A stretch of 64,000 nt of DNA, counting the filler, from Sphacelaria rigidula (taxonomy: Eukaryota), in assembly GCA_964200075.2 (NCBI GenBank). It is 9 parts of 9 records of this genome, joined end to end, with 100 filler letters (N's around TTAATTAATTAA, not from the genome) between each part and the next. Parts side by side here need not be neighbours in the genome. Positions count along the whole stretch, not along the records: positions 7,126 to 14,150 come from CAXNAA020016896.1; positions 14,251 to 21,275 come from CAXNAA020016897.1; positions 21,376 to 28,400 come from CAXNAA020016898.1; 6 more parts are not named here. One strand, 5' to 3'. Made by a program: the position numbers and the translations under genes. Each line of letters begins with the position of its first letter. The stretch's first letter is position 1. Shown piece after piece: positions 11,955-23,064 of this stretch. The notes beneath the pieces are model-generated. The model saw only the letters and a program-made list of their open reading frames with translations. It was not told the DNA's origin and ran no database searches.

Positions 11955-13330
11955 CGGCCATCCATAATGCTGGTCGCCAGATCTGGGGCAGTCTTCCGCT
12001 CGATGATGTAGCCCAAGAGTACTTCGGGTGCAGGGCCATCCTGTCGTTTCGCAATCCACAACATATCGCCCAAGGGCAGCTGCCTAGTTTCGCACGCCAC
12101 ACCCTTCTGCAGCAAGGCAGACTGGAGGGTGTGCGCAAAGAAGCAGTTGGGAGCAAAGGCAGAGAAAAAAGTGACGGCAAAAACACAAAACCTTCGTCGT
12201 GACGAATAACAACGTCGTTTTACTTGTCTTGAGAAGTAAGAGAGTGGGTATCAATCTCTCCATCAACAGAGCTCAAAGTATCCTCCTCACGTTTCCTCAG
12301 CGTATCGCAGTAGAACTTGAGCGACGACAGAATCGAGAAAAACCGTCACTCCTTCTAGGGCGCCCCGGGTCTTATTCCCAGATCAACGCACGACAGATAC
12401 TAGCATGAGGCTAACCACACGCGGCATAATTGGGAAATACACGATGACAGCGGTGTCGTCCTTCGTCAATTAGAAACGGCCACAATCATTGAAAACAACC
12501 AACATCCCCCCCAAAAGGTTTCAAAACCACACACACTCCTTTCCCCACTACCATTCCTGAATCCCGCCAGGTATCTCTCCGGGTTACCTGCACAGACACG
12601 GACTCATGCTCGCGATTATCGACAATCAACACGGCCTCCCAACGGCCACAGAAAATTCTCGGTGCATCTGTGTCCACTTCTGGCAGAGCACCAAGCGCTC
12701 CAACACGTCCTCGACCGACGCCCTCCAGATCCACGTCTTCCTCCGGCTCTCGTCTCGCTCGAGATGTGGGTCGTCGCGGTGTAACGTCTGGGGTGAGGGG
12801 GTCATCCGGTATGATGCCCCCGCGCAAAGCGGACAAGTTCGCCGCGATAGAAACGCCTGCCCCCGGCAGTAAAACCCGTTGGAAGCCGTTGCTGCCAGTG
12901 TTGGCGTCGGCGTAAGTATTGGACATGTTGGCGCCGTCGGGCCGACTGCAATACCCGCTGTGAGTTGGGCTGTGATCTTGATGTAAGCATGGGTTGCTGC
13001 GATGCTGCACGGCTGTTGCTGCTGCTGCTGCTGGAATTTGAACTTTCGATCGAGATGGAGGTGACGAGGACGCTTGGCGGTGATGGTCGACAGGCGCCAC
13101 ATTCTCTCGGTCATGCTCCTGCTGTAGATGCTGCAACTGGTCTTGTTGCTGTTGGGGCTGTTGTTGTTGGCCCTCACTACTGCCAGTCTGCGGCGCGGCG
13201 GATGTCAGACCCTTGAGCATGCGGCGAGCGATGAAGCTACCCACCCCCGCAAGCGCGCAAGCTTCAGCCTCGGTAGTGATGGCAATGGGGTACAGCTTCA
13301 CAGATTTTATGGCACGCATAACTCCGTGCC
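11955..13330 (-). CDS. MUS81: Crossover-junction endonuclease MUS81, partial; exons ~13330-12588 and 12121-11955
   Basis: N-terminal HhH-like segment RAIKSVKLYPIAITTEAEACALAGVGSFIARRM, then ERCC4 domain VLIVDNREHESVSVQ|SALLQKGVACETRQLPLGDMLWIAKRQDGPAPEVLLGYIIERKTAPDLATSIMDGR with intact GDxnERKx3D; GT-AG junctions in frame. Confidence 0.9.
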
Positions 13331-13880
13331 TGTCTGATCGGAAAACAAAAGTCGGAGCGGAGAAAAAGTAGGAGTATGGGATCACTAGAGGGCTTGGCGA
13401 ATCGGTGTCTCTCACTGCAACCAGCCTCAAGAAACTGCGGCGATCTCCCTCGGGTTTGGTACGCAACCTTCAACGACCACCTTTGTCACAGATTTGCGCT
13501 GCGAAAGGTTTCGAGAATGAGGGCATGATTCTTCACCGTGCCAACAGCATCAGTACATACAGTACAGGTACCAGTATTTGCCGTATGACCTGGCATAACG
13601 CGGACCCCGATAAACAAGTTCCTTACATCCTCCTATATTACAAGCGCGGTATAGATAACCTGTGAGCAGTTTACAATGGTGCCAAATCCTAAAAGCGGTT
13701 CAACCCTTGGCTAGGCTCGGAACCGAAAGAACGGTATCAATATCCCATCAACAAAAAACTGGCACTGCGGCATGGAGAGGGCACCAGGTGCAACCCACGG
13801 TAGGGTTCGGCGGTAGCCAGCGCGCAAGCACCATAGGTACCTACTGCTACTCCTGCTTCTGCTTCGTCTACACGATAGAA

Positions 13881-14110
13881 CTGTTATGGGTGCGCCTGAC
13901 CCCCCAAAATGAGCCAAAAAAGTGTCACCGACCAAAAGCACGAACAGACCGGAGATCTCGTTCATCCCCTGATTATGCACGCCGTAAAATCTCCCCCAAG
14001 TACTTGTCATTTGAGCAGGGTTTCCACTTGACGATTTCCCATTTTCGTTGTCCCGGGCTACAAACCACGGCGTACCTAGGCTACTCACCAGCGTGTATGT
14101 GTCCAAGGTA
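13881..14110 (+). mobile_element. One end of a TIR element, same family as 16365-18564
   Basis: ~230 bp reverse-complement match to 18340-18564; lies at a contig end. Confidence 0.65.
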
Positions 14111-14702
14111 CAATCTGGAAAAATTGTAGAACCAAAGGACTTATGGTGATNNNNNNNNNNNNNNNNNNNNNNNNNNNNNNNNNNNNNNNNNNNNTTAATT
14201 AATTAANNNNNNNNNNNNNNNNNNNNNNNNNNNNNNNNNNNNNNNNNNNNGGCGAACTGCAGGTGAGGCAATCGCCGAAATAATTACCTGCAAACTCTGC
14301 TCCAGTGCACTGTAATTTAATATCGCTAGAAGGGAACTATCATAACCACCTTGCCGGCTACCAGACTGTGACAGACTGTCAGGACGTACGATTCGCTAGC
14401 GTTGCTACTGTCTGTACAGGGATGTTGCCCCCTTGTCAGGTACGTTTTGGAGTATGTGTTACAGGATAAATAATGACCCTGTAGAGGAGACTAAGAAGTG
14501 ATTCAACCGCGGGTCCTGACATCTTAACCCGCTCGAGGATGAGACACTAAAAACATGGGATAGACGTCTGCCTTTGATCCCCTTCTGTCCAGAAGCAAAG
14601 CAAGACCCAAACGATCTCTGAGAGCAATATTCGCCACTTGATAATGAACTGCACTCCACCATTGCTGACCACTGAATGCGACACCATCTACCCTTCACCA
14701 AG

Positions 14703-16107
14703 GATAACCCACATGCCATACGCAATGCTCATTGCGTGCCGATCTTCTGCAAGCTAATCGACTCGACAAGCAAGAAGGTATGCTTGGTCTTGGCGTTATG
14801 TAAAGAGTTGTATTATGACGCTAGCCGTTGCGTACTGTTGTACGAGGTCCTAGGATGCCTTGCGTACCCAAAGCAACCCATCTAGAGGCTACCTTCCACA
14901 CCCAACCAATGCATTTACTTTTCTTGTGTGACATGGTGCCCAAATTCCGAGAGAGCAGGAGAGGCAAACGCAATCACCCAGTATCAAATTTACCGCCGCT
15001 GAGGCTACACATGAGCTGTTTCGTGTTTGTGACACTGCGTTCATCGCTGTGAAAAATGTTGCAAGGCAGGCAGTGTTGTTTACTAGCTGTTGAAATGTTC
15101 AAACAGTCAGAGGGCGTTGGCTGTTGCGTATTGAGAGATCAAGCAAGGCGCTTCCCGACCCAGTCACCGCAATGCGGTAGTTGTTGCCGTGCCGTAGTGC
15201 ATCTAAACTCTTTATGGTGACCTCGGTGCGATGTGCGCTGAGGAGCGCGTGAGCAGTTGTAATGCTGCATGCTCTGTTTCTGTCCGCACAGAATCGAGAT
15301 GGGGTCAAAATACCGCAGAATCAAGTTTTCAAACAATCAGGTGACGAGTCTGCAGCTGTGTGTTCGGCCTGCAGTAACTACTGTATACTCGTAGTACCGC
15401 AGAAGACACGCAAGGCAGGTGCATGCAGGTTGAGGCAAAATGATTGAACCAGCACGGAGTTGCTGTATCCTCGGTGATTGTTGGTAGCAGCTGTGTGCCT
15501 CACAGCAGCACAATGTGCGGGTCCAGGATCAGATTTATGCTCATCAAAGTCTTGGCAAACTGCCCTACAGGGTCCGCAAGTTTTTGTTGTTGTTGGCTTA
15601 CTTTCATGATAGACAAGCACCAGTTATTTCACATGATTTGGACGTGGTCGCAAAAGACATCGCCCTAGCAAACAAAGGCATACAATGAACCTTGCCAGTG
15701 GTGGCGGGGTCACCTTTCCTAACCATCCTGTTTATCCAGCATCAACATCGCAGGGCTGGTACCTGTGTCGGGCACGAATCGGGTTCTACTGCCACAATCA
15801 GTTGTCCCCCCGCACACAAACGCTCATATATGCCTTCTTACTGATCGATACGAGTAATCGGTACACTGTACTACAGTATGCAAGCTAAGTCAATGAGCCG
15901 GCAGTGCATCTCGAGAAACATCGAGCTGAGGTAAGCAACGGTGACTGATAATTACCCACGGCTCTGTGTTCTCACACGACTGGCAAGTCAGACATGTGCG
16001 GTGCAACTATAGACTACACGGAAAATACAGAGCAGCATGATGAGAATCGTTTGTGCACAGTAGATTTTGGGACATCGTTCCAGCTTTGAAACTAAAACAC
16101 AACCCAG
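14703..16107 (+). CDS. Possible small exons of an unidentified gene
   Basis: AG...GT-bounded open segments: DNPHAIRNAHCVPIFCKLIDSTSKK (~14703-14777), IEMGSKYRRIKFSNNQ (~15292-15340), and phase-compatible MQAKSMSRQCISRNIELR|FWDIVPALKLKHNP (~15877-15930, ~16063-16107). No firm homology. Confidence 0.25.
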
Positions 16108-16364
16108 GTATACGAAGTATGCAAATCAAGGGGTCACTCGCGCGAACTGAACAGAACGAATATACTTTGTTTTTTGTGCGAGTCCATGAACATACATTTT
16201 CCCAGGCAGCGGCGACGATCAACTTTCGCGTGAAAGAGACTCATTACAAACCGCATGTATAATCTATGCATGCTTTCCACATGGTGCACACTTAACGAAT
16301 CCATCAACATGAAATGTTAACCCAAATGTCAAAATACACCTTACATGCAATGCACAAAATCTAA

Positions 16365-18564
16365 CAGTTATGGGCTCGCCTGACCCCCCAAAATGGGCAA
16401 AAAAAGTGTCACCGACCAAAACCACGAAAAGACACGCACATATCGACTTTTGGGGCTTATCTAGGCCCGTCGGGTAAAATACGCCTTACGTCATCGGAAG
16501 AGAACGACATGGATAATAAATTCATGTAGAGAACCCTACCGCTACTTCCCTTCATGTTCATATATTGCATGCCACTGCGTCGCTTTTCGTCTGCGCTTGC
16601 GATCCGCTGGAATGCTAGGAGGCTAGTTGGGTTGACCCAACCCAACGCACACCGAGAACCCTCGGGCAAGGGCGGTACATACATCCTCTGAACAAAGTGA
16701 GGCCTTGGTAGAGCCTAAATCTACGCCTGTGGCGCCGATTTCAACGAAAACACGTTCTGCTCACACGAGGAGCCGACGGGACTGTCAGTCCTAACTGAAT
16801 TCCAATTCTCATTGTTCACACTCAAACCAAGTAACATCAACCATGAACATTTGTAGCCAAACGCCGGTATAGTAACTGAAACCGGAACGCTGGACCATTT
16901 ATTTTATGGAACGCGGATTGAAAATTGGGGCAAACTCATATGCTCAATATGCGACAGAATCACATGTACTGATGAACTTCAATGAGGACGGCCCTTACAT
17001 CGGGTGTGTCGTGTAGGCTGGCCGGATATTGGTCGACTTTCTCGTCATGTTTTGAGGAGTTTGATTTATCGGACCCCATCGTTCTACAGCTTTAGCGGAT
17101 GAATAACTCGCCCTGTACAAGTGTATTTGTTGTTCCGCGGGTATGCCTTTTCATTTCATGAATATGCACGATTCTCATCGGACTCCCAAGATATCGTGTT
17201 CCAAGAGGGAATGAAAAACGGTCGGCCGTCACCCACCACTGCCGATACAACGGACGCGTGTCTTAGGACGGGTTGGTGCACTGAAAGGCATGAATGAGGC
17301 TTTGGTGCCATGTGACTTCAACAAAAGTGGGCCGACGACTTTATGCTGTATTTTGTGTCGTCTTGACGCAGTATCTAGTTGACCATTCGGGAGGGTAAGT
17401 TGGTTCATCTTGATTAGAGTGTAAAAACGGAAATCCGGATCTTTTCATGGGAGCTGTGCTCCTAGCATGCTCCTAGCATGCCCACAACGCGTTTTTGTCT
17501 GAAGCGGGGCCTGGGGCACCGATTTGAGGTCTGGCCACGCACACTTCGCTCAAGGAACACGTTGCATCCGCCTTGCCCGAGGATTCTCGGTATGCCCTTG
17601 TTGTGATTAGGGTTAGGTTTGGTTTCATGATTTGTTCGCTTCGCTGCTGCAAGGTCGCAAATATGGTTTTTGCTTTCGTTCGTGCGACTCATGATCATGT
17701 CTATAACGGCTGTTGGAGTGTGTTGCCATTGCGGATACTGCTCGCTCTTCTTGAACGCCAGCTTGCTCTGTGGCTTTCTTTTCTTCAGTTCAGAGTTTGT
17801 CCATACTTGCTGCCATCTAATCTACGCTATCGATGGTGGCGTGGTGATGGCACCGGGTGCAGGAGAACGAGCGCGACGGTTGGCACTATCACAAGCGATG
17901 CACAGATGGGGGTAAATATCCGTAGACACGGAAGCCTCTAGGGGTTGGGTCGAACGTTCGAATTCTACACCTGTCGAATATTCCACACATGAGATGTATC
18001 AACCATCTGCGTATCAAGAGTCATTCATGGGTGTATCTATTCCGAGGCCCTTGGACAGAAGTGAGATTTTCGCACGTCGTGGAAACTGGCGAGTGATGGA
18101 GGCGCTTGTTTGGGCTGATAGCCCAATCTGTTTCAGAAAATACTCCTGACCAAGGTCATCGATTGGAAAACGAATAGTTGCATCACCTGCGCCAAAACCA
18201 CGGCTACAACTTTGGTGCTTGGAAGTTTTTAATTCACTAGTATCCGATATAACGAATTAAGTTGAAAAAATATAGGTTTTTTGCGATTTTTCTCGACCAC
18301 CATGACTTATTCCGACAAACTGAGCACCAACATCGTAGCTTACACAAATACACGCCGGGGAGTAGCCCAGCCACGCCGGGGTTCGTACTCCGGGACGAGA
18401 AAACTTTGAAACCGTAAAATGGAAACCCCACTCAAATCGGAAGTGATTTGGGTGATCTTACGGCGTGCATATTCAGGGGATGAACAAGATCTGCGGTCTG
18501 TTCGTGCTTTTGGTCGGTAACACTTTTTTGGCTCATTTTGGGGGGTCAGGCGCGCCCATAACAG
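16365..18564. mobile_element. Non-autonomous TIR DNA transposon (~2.2 kb), possibly Tc1/mariner-like
   Basis: ~75-bp TIR CAGTTATGGGCTCGCCTGACCCCC / GGGGGTCAGGCGCGCCCATAACAG; TA on the right flank only. Confidence 0.6.
16634..16865 (+). repeat. Dispersed repeat; second copy at ~27506-27738
   Basis: Shared acccaacccaac...tgtggcgccgatttcaacg...tcaaccatgaacatttgtag. Confidence 0.8.
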
Positions 18565-18654
18565 TAATTGCCGCCACCATCGAAAAAAAATGTTCGTAAC
18601 TCCCATGAGAAATAACGGTGTATCCGATTGTTGTCATGAAGATGCATACTAGCC

Positions 18655-19533
18655 TGTTGTCATGCCGCTTCAGACCCATTGTCGAAGTCTGGCTTTCGTT
18701 GTCGAAGTCTGGCTTTCAGTAATATTGGGAATCCCGGTAGATAAGGAACCCCGGTAGACAAGACTACAGGTCTGTTCAGAGTTGGTCGGATACGAATGTG
18801 AACCTGTATAATTACAGGGATGGCTTTGTCTTTGATCGTGCTTCACGATCAAAGCCCCCACCCACCAACCACTATCAACTGCTCCCCTCTGCTAGCCAGC
18901 AAAAGGAAGTCTAACCATCGGTGAGAGATATTGGCTGGTCTGGGTTGCATTGATTGAGTGGGTATCGGAGTTAGAATCAAGATAATTAAGAGAGAAGAGA
19001 AGAACCTATTGCGTGAACCTCGTCTGATATTTGGATACTGAGCAGGTCACACGGTATCTACAAGTTGTAACAGCCTGACGGTTGCACACTTGCCTGCCAA
19101 GCTTGTGCCTCGGGTTACAAGCTGTGTCCTTGCATTATACTGCCGCTTGCTCTTTATCACATTGGCGTTTGACTCAGGAGCTTCTTCTTTGGCTATTGCA
19201 TTTCTTTCTTGTACCGATTTGTATCCCTGGCTGCCGGCTGTGTACTCCAGCCTTTTGATCATTTGCCCTGTTCCCTTCGGAGTTGTAGTCAAATCTACCT
19301 CCAGGTAGTCAGTAGCTCTCGAGCTTCTGCCTCGTGTGTCCCTCGGTAAAGTGTATTCGTACCCTGCTACTTGCGGTTTCTGTAGCGTTCGACGCCACAT
19401 CTTGTGTGGTCAACGTGGGGTCAACGCGCACTGCTTGCTATTCTTGCCGTGCTGTCAATTTGACATCACCTGCACAAGGCCCAACGATATCAGTCCCGCC
19501 TGCACGACTTTTGAATCTTTTCTTGATTCAACA
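18655..19533 (-). mobile_element. Solo LTR; related copy at ~36935-37792
   Basis: TGTTG...CAACA termini; ~750-bp similarity to 36935-37720 in opposite orientation; TSD unclear. Confidence 0.65.
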
Positions 19534-21718
19534 GCCCGGCGCGACCCCCGCACCAAGCCATCGTTGGCCCGTGTATTTGGCCTTGTGGCCCCCTTTCCTT
19601 CTGCAGAATAAGTCTTCTACTACAGGTTTGTACAGAACACCAGTGCACAAAGGCGCACTGTTCTTCATAGCCCGCCGCTGTTCCTGACCTGAGCTCCCGC
19701 CAAGCTGGCACGCTGCTGCTCTTATTTTTCAATATCGATTGTACGCGACTGTTGTATCTTTCCTTCACGAAATTGCTGCAGTAAGTACAGACCGTGTTCA
19801 CACAGTGTGATAACGGACGTCTGTACCGAACCTTGTATTGTTCCGGCACTTTACCTTCGTTGCTCGAGCGACCTTATTGTTGTTATAGCTTTAGCTTCGT
19901 TGCTTGTGGCTACTTTGTTCTTGTTGTCCTCTTGTGTACTTCGTACAGCCGTAAGGCAACGCGGTACATCACCGTGGTAAGTAGTTCACCCAGCATAACG
20001 TACTGTGAATTTTTTCTCCTTTGAAAACATCTCGAACAAACAACTTTATTGTTCCAAGACGGTTTCGTTGAAATACTACTAGTTGAAACATTTCAACCTC
20101 CGTTACGTGCTCATTTGAACAGACAGCACTCGAAATCGGTGCCCCTTGCCTGTGCACTACAAAGTTTTCGGCACCCGCTCCCAGCGTTGCCCCTGTTGTG
20201 CATCACATCACCTTTGTTCCACATACATTCGTTGTCTCAATTTCGTTCGATAACAAGCCTTCGCTCTGCACTACGCAATCCGAGTACGCGGTCTACAACC
20301 GAAGCTTTGTAAAAGCTTTTGTGCTGCCTTACGCTGCATAGTTTTCGTGCGCATCTCAGAAAATATATCTGTATATCTGGTTCTTTTCATTTGCACACCG
20401 CCAGTCGTTCCTCCACTTGTGCTGGGATCATACAGTTATAGTCCACCCGTGACGCTACATCCGGAACACGTGTAAGTTGTTCTTCCACGTACCAACGCTG
20501 CTACAGACACTCGAGTCTTCGCTTGCCTTCGGCGACATACGCCTGTTCTGCGTACAATCCCGTGCTAGCTATTACCGCCACAACTTGAATAAAGTTGCAT
20601 TAATCAGACCCGGACACAGTTGTTACAAACCGCAATTCGCTTGAATAAATTACTAAAGTAAATTAGGTCCTGCGGTCCCCTCAGGCGCTACTAGGCTTCA
20701 TTATCCAGTAGTTTCCGGATCAAGCTTCGGCTTCTGCACGTAGCATCACCTGGTGTCACGCTCCTTTGATTAGAGCCGCAGACCAGACATACTGCACCTT
20801 CCTTTTTGAGCAAAAAAACAAAAAGCGTATGCTCATCATGTCGCACAAAAATAACGCTGGCTCTTCCCCTCAATTGGGAACCCAACCGCTTCGCCGGACC
20901 CGGAGTCAAACTACTGGCGATTCAAAATCTTTCAAGATGAGCGGCACGCCACCTTCAACGCACCGCCGCACGTATGCGAGCGCTGTTCATTCTTCAGGAC
21001 CTGAAGGCCAACATTCGAGCAAAGCTCATTCTTCAACACTTCAAGACCAGACTTTGACGCCGAGACCTGTTCTCTCACGTTCCGACTCGGACTCAGAGGA
21101 CATCGTAGTGCACCCGGCCGAGTCATTGAACAGCCGATCCTAATTTTTGGGGTTGAAACGTAAAATGAGGTTGACATCCCATCCCTCCATTGCAGGGAAG
21201 ATACGAATGAGTAACACGGAGCGAAAGTATCTTCCCCCCCCAAACTCCGCGGGAGACTGCGAGAGTAGGTCACCTNNNNNNNNNNNNNNNNNNNNNNNNN
21301 NNNNNNNNNNNNNNNNNNNTTAATTAATTAANNNNNNNNNNNNNNNNNNNNNNNNNNNNNNNNNNNNNNNNNNNNCCCCATCACAGCAAACAAACAAATG
21401 CGTCCCCCCCCCCCCCCCCCCAATACATTTGAATCCCTTTTTCGTCGGCCAAAACGCGTGGTCTGTTTTTTGCTTTTTTGCTTTTTTCTCATCATGACCA
21501 AGATTTCGAAAAAAGTGGGAGAATACGAAGATAAATGCCGTTGCATTCGGATAAAAATGTATGCTGCCTCCCTCCACTCCCCCCGCCCCGAACCCCCGGG
21601 AAAAAAAACCCCCGCAAGGTTGGAGAATATCGCAACACCTTCGCCGGACAAATTCACGCACAGCAATGATGCAAACTTAAACTTGAAGTCTTTATAAAGC
21701 CAACACACTTTTACGCAC

Positions 21719-22724
21719 CTTCATTGCCGCTCCAAGGGACGCTTCGTCCTTAATGTTACCCTCCTGCAACTCGACGCCGTCGATCCCGGAAAACGACGCC
21801 CCTGCTTTCTCGAGGTTGCGCACTAAACCTCTAACCTTATACCGGCCGGTGGCGGCTAGGCTACGACAGCGATAGATGATGACAACAGCGCGCAGTGGAA
21901 AAGAAAAGAAATCAGGAGATAGTGAGGTGTGAAGGGGTAAGGATCGTGCAAATCTCGTGGCCATGAACAAGTCAGGAGGCGATTGTTCCACGACGCACAT
22001 GTCATGTACACTCAAACTCACTCAGATTGCGAAGATTCAGACCCCATGAATCGACAGTACCGTCGGATAGATGATCGTACTGCGCTTGGCAGATTCACCC
22101 AGAAGTTCCCTCCCTTCGAACCCGACGTAAATTGTGCAGAATGTACGAGACTTTGGTACCCCTAACGAATGGCTCCGTATGGTTCTAGCTGGTACCGTTT
22201 CGCGAAAGATGAAACAGCTGAAGGCGAGAGAAGTAGCTACTTCATCGTCGCCTGTTGTCGCCTGAATGTCCGTACGTGCTCCTTTGGGGAGCAAACCGCC
22301 CTTCACCGACAACACTTCTGGCTTGTTTGTGGACAGTGGGCATGACATGTCTTGCGCAACTCACCGTAAATGTTATCGAACGTACAAGCCAATTTCCTGC
22401 CATGTTCCTCCTTCGATGCTATTGACCTTTTCGACTGCCGAATACCAAGTCTGCAACTGCCCGGCGCCTGATCAGTATACACCGTAGCTCAACATATTTA
22501 TCCAAAAGCAGTTGCCTAGCTGTCTACCAAGGCCTTGAGGGCGACGCCGTCCTTGCACATCACCTCTCTGTTACCAGTCGTCCGATACGCCCAGATGCTC
22601 CGACCACCACCACAACGTCCCCATCAACAACATCCCGAGATTCGCCGGTGACCATGCTCAATGGGCTTGTCGCTGCATTGCGAGATGGTGCGTAGCAGGC
22701 CTGACGTCCCCAGAGGCGAGTTGC
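21719..22724 (-). CDS. NAD(P)-binding Rossmann-fold protein (atypical SDR, NAD(P)-bd_10/Tic62-like), partial; exons 22724-22564 and 21860-21719
   Basis: Spliced ...RNAATSPLSMVTGESRDVVDGDVVVVVGASGRIGRLVTES|LAATGRYKVRGLVRNLEKA...VELQEGNIKDEASLGAAMK; GxxGxxG motif; upstream S/A/R-rich stretch resembles a plastid transit peptide. Confidence 0.85.
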
Positions 22725-23064
22725 CTGTTTGTAGTGGGCGGTGGCTTGTGCAGGTTGTTGGGTGAACTGCAGTCAAGCAGCAAGGAGGAATGGGGAGCGT
22801 GAGTGGCTTCGTTCGTTGTACGTGCTGCTCTAAGTTCGTTGCATTAGAGGTTGCGATAGCCTCGGGCATTGGTCTGCAGCTTGTCACATCAAAACCAACA
22901 CCGAAGATAGCTGGAGCAACGGCCAACAACCAACCAACATGAGGAATAACAACAGGACGTCAGCGACTAGTGGTGTTTGTTCTAGGGGAAAACTGCCATC
23001 ACTCAAGGGTATCTCTCCTGGTCAGTTCCAGTATTTATCTTTCTCATTGCTGTGGGGATAAAAC

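Noticed and set aside
17605-17625. TTAGGG-like telomeric motifs (also ~25383)
   Set aside because: Only one or two degenerate units.
13881-18564. Apparent 4.7-kb element with 230-bp TIRs
   Set aside because: The two ends lie on separate contigs and are the same terminus of two copies.
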